A DNA stretch of 64,000 bases from positions 1,240,001 to 1,304,000 of the forward strand of contig NC_133623.1 in assembly GCF_048593235.1 (NCBI RefSeq), read 5' to 3'. Below the pieces are notes generated by a model. The model was not told where the DNA came from. It did no database searches and saw only the letters and a list, made by a program, of their open reading frames with translations. A program made the position numbers and the translations under genes. The DNA is from Sminthopsis crassicaudata (lineage: Eukaryota). Below are positions 53,268 to 64,000 of the stretch, piece after piece (positions within the stretch are counted from its first letter, which is position 1; the number at the start of each line of letters is the position of its first letter).

Positions 53268-56200
53268 ATGGATTTCCCGCCCGGTCTGGGGGAGCCAGAG
53301 GCCCTGGCCTCTTTCGCTGAGCCTACCTTGCTGTCCCCATCGGCCTCCGTCAGCGCCACCGAAGAGCCGGGACTCTTCTTCTCGGGGCCCGAGGGGACCG
53401 ATGCCGGCGATGCCGCCACGACGCTGCCCTACTACCACCGGGGGCCAGCTGCTGATGCTTACAGACACTCACCAGGTATCCTGGGGGGGGGGGGCGGGGA
53501 GGGTTTTGAGCTTCCATCTTCTCTGTCCCTATGGTTGAAGGGTAGGACTGGTGATTGCACGAGCACTCGATGCTGTGCCTAGCACACAGTAGGTGCCATA
53601 GAAACGCTCCTTCCCTTCTCTGTCAGCAGCCAGCCCCAATCTTCCATATATGGTGTGGGGCACCCTTCCTCTTCCCCCCCGACCAGGCAAGCTTTTGTTC
53701 AATGGGCCGAGCCTGGGGGCAGTGCCAACCGAGCTAGCGGTGTGCACGGACAGCAGATCTTGGGAAGGGGGAGTCGCATTAAAGACAAATGCAGAGAAGC
53801 CCAATGCAGGTGGGCAGGATTTTTAAGGCCCGCCTCCTTAGGAATTTACATCTTTGCCTCTGGAGCAGGGAGCCGCCGGGTCAGGCCGGCAGGGAGGGCC
53901 AGAGAAAGGCCAGGGGGAGGCAGGGAGACCCACGAGAAAGCGGTAGGGGTAAGGGTCCTGAGCGAAAAGTGTTAGTGGGAGTGAACTCAAAGCGCTGGCT
54001 ATGTGGATGTGGGGAGGAAGGTCCGGATCCGCCCGGCACCTGCCTGGCTCCCAGAGGAAGGCCAGAGGAGGCAGGGTGGAGGAGGAGGCAGCACCGGGAA
54101 GCTTCCTTGGTTTTGGAGAGATGAGAGAGAGGAAAGCTTGCAGGGCAGAAGCCCCTGAGGTCTATTTTGGCCACACTGACGCCGAGGAGATGTGCAAGTG
54201 GGGAGAGACTGCCGGCATGGTACTGGAAGTATGGGGCCGGGAGAGCAGTTCTGGCTGGGGGACTGGGGGCATCTGCTCACGGGTGAACATACTCAGGAAG
54301 CGAACCTTCGGGGGTGGGGCAAGCCAGGATGGAAAAGGGTCTGGGACCAGGGCTTTTGGGGGAAGGGGGCGGGCAGGAGTTGGGGAGCGAGCAAATAAAG
54401 GAGGCTGAGAAGGACATCAGCTAGGGAGAACATCGATGAGTGAGGGCCAGGAGATAATTTCCAAAAACTGCCAAGAGATCACGAGGCCCAAGAAAGAGCA
54501 ATTAGGGTATACGGCTTGTTGAGCACAGAGAGCCAGCGTCAAGCCTTCGGGATGCCACGCACTCTTAAAAATAACTGGGGCTGTGCCAAGGACAGGTTTT
54601 GATACGGGCCCTGAGGGTACTTTCCTTCTTAGAACTGAAAATGTCTCAGAATTCTGGCAGACTCGGTTTGCCTTGTTGGATCCCCCTGAGAAGGGGCTCT
54701 GGGACCCCCAGGAACTAGAGAACTAGCGATGGCAAGCAGATGGCAGGGGCTAAGGGGTCGGAAGGGAATGGAAGCAGCAACTGTTTGGTGGGGACTTTGT
54801 GATTACTTTGTGTTTTTGTTTGTTTGTTTGTTTGTTTTTTTCAGTTAACGAGTCTTTATTTTCTCTCCCCTCCTCCCCCCCACGGGAAAAGAAAACTCCA
54901 AAAGCTTGGACACTGACCACGGGTTCTGTAGCTTCAGGTCTTGGTACCTGCCTCCCTACCGCAGCTTCTCCTCCGACATCAAAGGGGTGGTTAGAAAGCT
55001 TGGTAAAGTAGGACAGGAAAGCCTCCACCGGGGTGAGGGCTGAGGCTGGATCTCAAAGGAGGTGCTTGAGCAGAAAAGATGTCTGGAGGAGCTGCTGAAG
55101 GGAGTTGGGATCAGGGAACGGGCAGTTCGGGGCACCGGGCCAAGGCGTGTCATCGCTTAGCCACCGAGCGCTCCTCGAGGGTTGGCCGAGATCACGTGCC
55201 CCCTACGTGTCTGCCCTTTTACTGCCTTTTCCCCAGAGACTTTCCATATGCCAGGCGGTGTACGGTGTGTTGGATCTGTCTGTCCCTACTCTGACCAGCA
55301 GCCATGTTGGGAGTCAGAAATAATATTGGGGGTCGAGCTAGACCAGCAGAGGACTCCCCAGAGACAGCGAATGGGGAAAGAGCCTTGAAGTCAGGAGTCC
55401 CCTGTTTCCAGTGCTCCGGCTCCCGTCTGCTGGCGATGAGACATTAGGGACCCGGGGCCTGACCGTCACGCCCTTCCATTCCCTCTCCTTACAGTATGCC
55501 AAGTGTACCCAATTCTCAACTGGATGGATGGAGGGCTCGGGGGAGCCCCCTACGCGGCCGCAGGTTGGGCCTATGGGAAGGCAGGGCTGTACCCGGCCTC
55601 TGCCCTGGCCCCGGCTGTTCGGGAGGCCTCTCCACAGCCAGCTCCCGAGAGCCCCGATGTGAAAGGGAGCCCAAGGGGCTTCCTGGAGACCTTGAAGACA
55701 GAGCGAATGAGTCCAGACCTGCTCACCCTGGGGGTCCCAGCGGCCGTGGGGCCCTCCCACTATGTGGCAGCCAGTCCTCCTGACTTCACCACTGCTGCCT
55801 TCTTCTCACCTGCCGGAAGCCCCCTCTCAGTAGCAGGTGGAGGTAACGCCTACTCTCCGAAGCTACGTGGGGCGCTTCCCCTGTCTCCCTGTGGTGAGGA
55901 TGCAGGATCGGGTTGGGAGGGACACTCAAGGAGAGGAAAAGGGTCCAGGGGCTTAGCTGGGGTCAGCTTTCACTTTCTGTCCAATTTCTTGCCTTTCCTC
56001 CCAAGCAGAGGCCAGAGAGTGTGTGAACTGTGGAGCGACGGCTACCCCGTTGTGGCGTCGAGACGGTACCGGGCACTACCTGTGCAATGCTTGTGGCCTG
56101 TACCACAAGATGAACGGGCAGAACCGTCCCCTCATAAGGCCCAAGAAGCGCCTGGTGAGGAGGGCGGGCCTCGGGGCCAGGGAGGTGAAAAGAGGGCAGC

Positions 56201-57061
56201 CGGGCAGCAGGGACCTCACCCAGCCCCTGGGCTCTTTCCAGATTGTCAGTAAGCGAGCAGGTACCCAGTGTACCAACTGCCAGACGACTACGACGACACT
56301 GTGGCGGCGCAATGCCAGCGGGGAGCCCGTGTGTAACGCTTGTGGTCTCTACTACAAGCTGCACAATGTAAGCCCCCCGCCCCTCCCCCCAGGCCCAGGG
56401 CTTTCCTGGTTTGGGCCCATGAGAGAGGGCTCTGACCTTAGGGTTTGCCCCTTTTCCACATCGAGGATGATTCCCAAGCCCCTTTTGAAGCCTGCTGTAT
56501 TTGATGGGTGACACGAGGACACTGGGGCTGGGGCCTGGGTGACTTGGCAGGGAGGGCTGGGCCAGGGAATCTCCGAGACCTAGACCCTTCCTCCTGGATG
56601 GCTGAGCTGGGAGGAGGGGAACTGGGTGAGAAAACCCAGTTTCTGGGGTGTTAGGGTTTATTCTCCCTAGGACCCTTATACTGGGGATGTCTCTTTTCGG
56701 GGTACCAGAGCCCCTGGGTTTGTCTCGCCCCCAGGTGAACCGGCCGCTGACTATGCGCAAAGATGGCATCCAGACTCGGAACCGCAAAGTGTCGGGCAAA
56801 GCTAAGAAGAAGGCCCGGGTGGGCCAGGCCCTGATGGCTGCCGGGCAGGGGACAGCAGCAGCGGCTGCTGTGGCTGCGGCCGGCCCAGGAGACCTGGCCA
56901 CTGAACCGCTCTACCCGAGCCTCGGGCCTGTGGTGCTCTCGGGCCACATGGCCTCAGTGGGGCACCTGGTCCCCTTTCCCGGGTCTGCCGCCCCCCTGCT
57001 CGGGGGCACGGGCGCCCCCTTTTCCGGGGCCACGGGGGTGGTCTCGGCCCTGGGCTCGTGA
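53268..57061 (+). CDS. GATA1: Erythroid transcription factor GATA-1, about 401 aa
   Basis: Exons 53268-53475, 55495-55893, 56009-56154, 56242-56367, 56735-57061 (1206 nt). MDFPGLG-like start, N-finger [50 protein letters not shown]-finger [42 protein letters not shown] 57208-57213. Confidence 0.97.
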
Positions 57062-57269
57062 AGACGGCGACGGCGGTGGGCACGCCCCGCCCTTGGCTTT
57101 GGCCTAGGCCTCGGCCACTGCGGTAGACCACACTAGGCCCCCAGTCCCTCCGGCCCTAAACCCTTTCTGATTGGGCCTGCTCCCTCCCTATCCTGTGGCT
57201 TGACTACAATAAACTTGTTGCTCCCCCACCCGGGCTGGCTTCTTGTGCGTGCGTGCGTGCGTGCGTCAA

Positions 57270-57720
57270 ATGAGCGGGGGCGGGGCCTGGGCGGCCGGTA
57301 CGTTACGTGGTGCCATCGCGGCGTGTGACGGGGCGGGCGGCACGTGACCCGAGCTCGGCGCGCTGCTCGTGCTCCGCGCGGATTCGGGCTGAAGCGACCG
57401 ACTGCCTAAGGCGGGGGGCGGGGGGGGCCTTGGGCCTTTGCCCCCTCGTCCAGTCCGAATTTGGGGAGGCGGGGTCCCCAAGAGTGAAGAAGGGCCGAGG
57501 AGGCGGGGTCGGCGGCCGCCTGGAGCCCAGTGAGAAGGGCGGGGAAAGGGAGGGGGCGGGGCTGATTCGGAGGCCGAGGGCCCACCCCCCGGGGGGAGGG
57601 GGGCGATGGACTGAGCAGACCAGTGGCCCCCGACGAGGGGAGGAGGGGGACGTGACGGAACTGCGCTTGGATTGTTGGGAGGGCGGGGCGGGGGCGCGAT
57701 CGGCCTGAGAACCGAGCCTC
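57270..57720 (+). promoter_or_regulatory. HDAC6 CpG-island promoter directly behind the GATA1 poly(A) signal
   Basis: GC box GGGGCGGGG, TTACGTGG, CACGTGAC, high CpG density. Confidence 0.7.
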
Positions 57721-57760
57721 TCGCAGGTTAGGTCGCCTGGTGGGCCCGAGCCAGTCTCCC

Positions 57761-60700
57761 ATGGCATCCCAGCCTGAGAAGCCAGGCCCGAATCCTTCAC
57801 CCTCAGGCACCCGGATGACGGTCAGTTCTGGGGGTTTAAGTCCCTGCCGCTGAATGAAGGAGGGGGCTTCTGGGAGGCTCCCCAATGAGGAGAAGAGGAG
57901 GGCAGGGCTCAGGGCGGAGGGGGGGGAAGGAGGGAGGCAGGGGAGATGCTCCCACTGAAGAACCATTGTCCCCCACCGTCTGAATCGCCTGCCTGTGGCA
58001 TCCCTAGGGGCAGAAGAGGGGCGGCCGGAAGGGGTCCCCGGCCCCTCGGCCGAGCCCGGGTTTGGCTGAGGCTCGACGCAGAGGGAGGGCAAAGAAATTG
58101 AGTCAAGTGTCTGAGCAAGAGCTGGTGACCAACCTGCAGGACCTAGTGAGTGCGGGCCCCTCCCTTCCCCCTCTCCATCCGATTCTGGGGGGCGGGGGCC
58201 CAACCCCAACCCCAATCCCCATATGGGCTTTCAGGCCTTGACGCGACTGAATAAAAATCGCGTCATTTCTGCTGCAGCAGAAACCCCGAGGGGAAGCCCC
58301 TCCCAGATCCATCCCTTCTTTTACTTATTCCTTTAGATCTTTCTGGATCTAGCTAGTGAGGGGAGGGGATCGGCCTTCATTTCTGAATGGGCGTGGCCTC
58401 AGGCAAACCGACCTGTGGAAGGCTGAGGCCTCCCACTGCATCCGGAGCCATCCCGGCCATCCCAGCCATCCCATCTCTTTCTGGCCACGGGACCCAGATG
58501 GCTCTGGAGGGGCAAGTGAGCCAGGTGTCCCTGCCGGCCTCCCTCCCTCCAAGGCAATTCCCTTCCATGATGTCTCTTCAGAAATGAGGGACAAACAACA
58601 ATAATCTCTTTCTTTCCCTCCACGATTTCAATCCGGGGTCCTGGGTCACTTTAGTCCTCTTTCTCATTCCCCACTTAAGACTTCTGGACTTTAACCTGGG
58701 GAATCGCTTGAACCTCTTCAAATTGTGCTTTTCTCTTCCTCCTGGAGGCAAGAGCATCTTCTTGGGGGCCTCCCTCCTTTTCCATTTCTTCTAGTTTTTA
58801 TTCTCTTCTAGGACCTTGAGGCCGAGTCAGAAATACCCTCTGGGACAGGCCTGGTGCTGGATGAGAGAATGGGCAGCTTCCGTTGCCCCTGGGATGACAG
58901 GTGAGCCTGGAAAAGGCCCTGAGGAAAGGCTTCCACTTAGCCGGGAGCCAAAGGCACATTCAGTCTTTTCCCTTTTCTTTTTCCTTAGTTTTCCTGAACG
59001 CCCAGAACGCCTTCAGGCCGTGCAGCAGCAGCTGTCCCGGGACTGTCTGCTTGAGCGCTGTATCCCCATTGAGGTGAGCACGGCCTCTGGAGAGGAAGGC
59101 TGGCACTCTCACCGCTTCCCTCTCCAACTGCCTCGGTTTCTCTCCCATTCCAAATTATCAGCAAACCCGAGGTGCTTGGGCTCTGTTCCAGACCCAATTT
59201 CCCTCTGGCCTGAGTCTCCCAAAGTCCAAGAGGGCTTTCCATAAAGGACTTCTCCATATTGGCTCCTTGCTTCTGTATCCTCCCACAGGCCCAGCCAGCC
59301 ACTCCCCAGGAGCTGCAGCTTGTCCACAGGTGAGCTGAAAAGCTTGGGTACTGAGCCCCCTTCTTTCCCTTGGGGAGTTTCCTTCTTGGGAAGGAACCCT
59401 CCCCACCCACCCCCCCCCCCCGCAAGTCTCTGGAGAATCCTTTATCCATCTTTCTGTGGAATCACAGCCAGGAATACGTGGACCTGATGTCGTCCACCCC
59501 GGACATGACTCAGATGGAGCGTCGGGCCCTCTCAGACACCTATGATTCTGTGTACCTACACCCGGTGAGCCATCAGCCTTAGACTTCCGTGCTTTGGGGA
59601 GATTGGCAGGGATGGAAAAATGCAGACCCTAGAAACTGATTACCTTTTCTCTCTCTTCCCTCCCACCTTCTCTTCGTCTCTTTCTCCCCCTCTATCTTTT
59701 CATTTGTTCTCCCTCCCTTTCATCTTGTTTCGGTTCTCTCCTTTGTCTTTTTTTTTCTCCATCTTCCTGTCTCCCTCATCCCCATCCCTACCCCCCCCCC
59801 TCGTCTCTCCTGTGCTTGTCACACTTTCTTCCTCCACGTTCACACTGGTCCCTTGTTTCTCCTTCACTCCTCCCCCATCTTGGAACAGAACTCGTTCCCC
59901 TGTGCACTCCTGGCTACTGGGGCACTTCTTCGCCTGGTGGACGCCCTCATGGGAGGCGACATCCGAAATGGACTGGCTCTTGTCAGGTAGGTGCTGGGGA
60001 GGGGAGGTGGAAGGCGCGATGAGCCTGATCTCCCCTCACTCCACCCCTCTGTTCCTCATCCGAGGGAATCTAGCTCCGTGCCCGTTTTTGGACAGCGGAT
60101 GTTGGTCCAGACCATTTGTGACATGCGTCCCCGCTCCACTGGCCCTGATCCTCCCGCTGCTATCACATTTGTGCCACAGCACTGATGTACACGTAGGGGT
60201 TCATCGTTGCCTCTTTTTTTTTTAAGCAGTTTGTTCTGAGCTCTGCTTTCCATCAGCGCCTTCACTGATTCATTCAATCATTCGTTCAGTCAGTCCCCCT
60301 CTGATCCTGTGTTTGGTCCTCTGGTCCTAGGCCTCCTGGCCATCATGCCCAACGTGACAGCATGAACGGCTACTGCATGTTCAACAACGTGGCCATTGCT
60401 GCCCGTTATGCCCAGAAAAAGCACCACGTCCCACGGTGAGGCTGGGGGCGAGGCTGGGGGCGGTACGGGCTTTCCGAGGAGTCTGCCCACCAAGGCTAGG
60501 CCCGGTGATAGACCGGCCACTTCCCCGAGTAGCAGATGAATTCTCAGGGCACACTTCACCTTTTGCAGGGTACTCATTGTGGATTGGGATGTCCACCACG
60601 GGCAAGGCACGCAGTTCATCTTTGAGCAGGACCCCAGGTATATTCAGAGTGGGCCTTCCCCTTAGTATACTAGAGGGCTGGGGATCCCTTCCCCTGGCCC

Positions 60701-63700
60701 CACCCCTCCCAGCCTCCTACTCTTCAGTACTCCTTTTCCTTCTCCAGCGTCCTCTACTTCTCTGTTCACCGCTACGAACAGGGCCGCTTCTGGCCCCATC
60801 TAAAAGCTTCTGACTGGCGGGCAACGGGCAATGGCAAGGGTCAGGGATACACAGTCAACGTGCCTTGGAACCAGGTCAGGCCCCTGGCACTTGGAGAAGG
60901 CCCTGGCCTAATAGGCCTTCCCCCGTGCACATGCTCACTGTCTTTCTCTGTCTGGCTGTGTTTCCCTCCCAGGTGGGGATGAGGGATGGGGATTACATCA
61001 GCTCCTTCTTACATGTGCTGCTGCCCATCGCTCTGGAGGTAATGGAACCCGTGGGGGACCCCTTAAACAGGAGAGTGTTGGGAGGGCTGGAAGGCAGACG
61101 CTGAGGGACTGAGCCAGAGTGGTGAGGTCTGGAAAGGAGCTGGAGTCGGGGCACCCAGGCTTGACACATACAAGACTGGAGTTTGTGGGGGAGAGCAAAG
61201 ATGGTAGTGGGAAGAAGATAAGAGGCTCAGGCCGGGGGCTGGGGGGGGTGGCGAAATCCAAGGAAAGCCCGTGGGGCTTTAAAATCAGGAGGCAGCTTTC
61301 CAATGGGCCTTGGGATCCAGCATGGGGCCGGGCGGAGCGGGACATGCTTCAGCTCACGTTCTCTTTCTCCCGTTCTGTCGTCTCCAGTTTCAGCCCGAGA
61401 TCGTCCTGGTGGCCGCTGGCTTTGATGCCGTGCTGGAGGACCCCAAGGTAGGCCCTTTGGCGAGGGGGGACGAAATTGGACACGGCAGGAGAGAGGATCC
61501 CGGTCTGGGTCGCTGTCACTCACCCTGGTGAGGGGGAAGAGGCGAGATGCGGGGAGACCTCAGCACGGTGGTGAGCTCCTCCTTTTTTCTTTCCCAGGGA
61601 GAGATGGCAGTCACTCCAGGGGGGTTTGCCCACCTCACTCACTTGCTCATGAGTCTGGCTAAGGGAAGGCTGATTCTGTCTCTTGAGGTGAAGGATCGTC
61701 TCAATGTCTGTCCACGTCTTTCTCCTCTCCGTCTTGTTGTCGCATTTCCTCCCGTGACGGCCTTCGGGGCCTTGCTTATGGGATCTGGGAAGGGGCCGGG
61801 GTCTAATTAGGGTGAAGGCGTTATGGGGTGGGGGCTGAGATGCTGTGCTTCCCCTGGCCCTTCCCCTCTGCCTTATTCCATCCTAGCCTGTCGCACGGTC
61901 TCTTCTGCTCCTCCTTTGTTTTTCCATGCGCTCCCCCTTTCACACGAGGGACCTGTGAGACGCCTTTGGTTCCCTCTGATTGGCTTTCCCTCTCTTGAGC
62001 GGTCTCCTGTCCTGCAGGGTGGCTACAACTTGCGTTCCCTTGCTCTGGGAGTCAGTGCCACTCTCCAGACCCTCCTGGGAGACCCATGTCCCTTGCTGGA
62101 AACACCTTGCATCCCCTGCTTCAGGTGAGAGACGGGAGTCCCCACCCCTGACCCCTCCAACCCCCCAGAAACTCCTGGCTGACTGTCACTCAGGGCACAT
62201 AGCTCTACCTCTTTGGGGACCGTAATAGGTGACCCCTAGGGGCTCGGCCTTTCTCAGCTTTTGAGTTCCCGCTTGTCCCATCTCCGTACTGTGAGAGCGT
62301 CAGACTAGCCGCCGTCACGTCCCTTTCAGCTCTGCCATTTCCTAGTTTCCTGTGATTGCTCTTATTCTCCCAACTGGCAGTGCCCTGGAGTCCGTGTCCT
62401 GTACCCTGGCCGCTCACAAGCCTTTCTGGAAGGGCATCCCGAGGTTTCGTAAGTGAGGCGCCTGACAGGGTCGAGGGGCCACAGGAGGGCTGGCGGTCTG
62501 AAAGGACTGTTCCCCACTTCCTTTGCCCGTTCCTATCTGAAGGTGTCCGGGGTCTCAGCCCTCCGAGCGCAATGGGAAGGGGGCTGCACCGGGAGTTGGG
62601 GGGATGGGCTGGGAGGGAGGAGGAGCCAAGGAAGTCCACAGGTGGCTAAGGCTGGAGACGGCTGGACTGGCAGGGGCAGTGACTTCCCCCCACAGCCCTA
62701 CAGGGCCACTTAGTGTAGTGGAGAGCCCCGCTATAAATGGTGGCTTGACCTTGGCGAAGTCCTTTGCCCCTCCTAGGTGGTACTACATGATCTTGAGCTG
62801 TAAATCTGTGATCCTTTGACCCCACCCCCACCCCCACTCATAACAGAGCCTGCCCCCGATGACCTAAAGGAAGATGACCGGGACATGAACCTAGGCCCCA
62901 TGCCCGATCTTGAGATGCTGGGGAAGCCCCTGGACCAGGGCCTGCCCATGGCCATGAACCGAACGGGCCTGGTATATGACGCCAGGATGATGGAGCATTT
63001 CAACATGTGGGACAGGTACCGGGGTCAGCTTGCCAGTTGAGGGGGTCGTTTGCTGGGGCCTTCCCCAGCCCTCCCTTCCCTTGGGTGACCTCTCCCGGCC
63101 CTTCCCCAGCCACCACCCGGAGCGGCCCGAACGCATCGCCCACATAGCTCAGCGCCACCTGGAGCTCGGCCTGACTCCTCGCTGTGTCTCCTTGCCCGCC
63201 CGCTGCGCCACGCTCCGTGAGCTGCTCAACTGCCACAGGTAGAGGCTGCCCTCGTCTGCCCCTCCCCGGCGGCTTTCTTCGCGCCTCTGCTGGCGCTCCC
63301 TTGCCGACTTCCCTGTCCCCTCTCTCTCTTCCCTCTGCAGCGAGGAGTACATTGATCGGATTCGGGCCACGAGCTGCCTGAAGCCCCGCGACCTGCACCG
63401 GGAGGGCGAGAATTACAACTCCATCTACATGTCCTCCCAGTCCTTTGGCTGCGCCCAGCTGGCCGCTGGAGCAGCTTGCCGTTTGGTGGAGGCCATCTTG
63501 ACCGGGGAGGCACGTGGGGGAAGAGAGAGGGCTCCGGGCTGGGGGCAGGGGTGGAAGGAGCAGTGGAAATGGATGAGAAGCGAGGTGATCCTTTGGTCTT
63601 TGGCCTTCGCACAGGTGCACAACGGGTTGGCCATTGTCCGCCCACCGGGACACCACGCTGAGAGAGATGCCGCCTGTGGTTTCTGCTTCTTCAATTCCGT

Positions 63701-64000
63701 GGCTGTGGCTGCTCGCCACGCCCAGGACATGGTTGGCCGGGCCCTCCGGTGAGTATGACTGAGGCAGGAAGGTGAGGAGGACCCGGGGCGGGGGGGAGCC
63801 GGAGCAGGTGAGAAGTGCGCCATTGGCCTTCACCCTTGAAGTGGAGTCTTTGGTGGTCCTGTGATGTCATCAATCTGACCGCCCACGGGGCCAGGCCACA
63901 AAAAAAGCCACCAAGCGTAAGGGGAGCCAGGGAAGACCCAAAAAAGCAGCTCCTTGCACCACCCCCCCCCTTCCAGAATCCTGATCGTGGACTGGGACAT
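57761..64000 (+). CDS. HDAC6: Histone deacetylase 6, 3'-partial (deacetylase domain 1 and most of domain 2)
   Basis: Exons 57761-57820, 58008-58145, 58812-58900, 58989-59073, 59289-59329, 59468-59564, 59889-59986, 60331-60435, 60569-60637, 60748-60874, 60973-61038, 61388-61447, 61598-61687, 62018-62124, 62381-62448, 62847-63015, 63110-63238, 63341-63509, 63615-63748, 63977-end, with consistent phases. Motifs RPPGHHA (twice), [34 protein letters not shown]. The first exon is the least certain. Confidence 0.95.

Overview
Vertebrate genomic DNA, very probably a marsupial X chromosome (dasyurid-like, inferred from marsupial-type SINE/RTE/L1 repeats, an OC1-type hAT transposon and a NUMT), homologous to human Xp11.23. 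Eight multi-exon genes can be reconstructed exon by exon with in-frame splice sites: OTUD5 (5'-partial), PIM2, SLC35A2, PQBP1 (minus strand), TIMM17B, CDK20, GATA1 and HDAC6 (3'-partial). A repeat-dense interval at about 22-38.5 kb holds an LTR/ERV fragment, an RTE, a solo LTR, a full-length OC1 hAT transposon with TIRs and TSD, a tRNA-Glu pseudogene, and an L2 interrupted by an L1 and an ND4-ND5 NUMT. Main surprises: (1) an intact 8-exon CDK20, autosomal in human, lies directly upstream of GATA1, and its 3' UTR contains a GATA/E-box composite matching the GATA1 haematopoietic enhancer core (G1HE/HS1); (2) GATA1-HDAC6 is inverted relative to the OTUD5-TIMM17B block compared with human; (3) PIM2 lacks its first intron and cannot make long CUG-extended isoforms; (4) PQBP1 lacks the polar repeat expansion; (5) HDAC6 has a GC-AG intron. 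Human and mouse comparisons are from memory and need alignment checks. Two N gaps (25784-26155, 44925-45076) limit certainty about long-range order.
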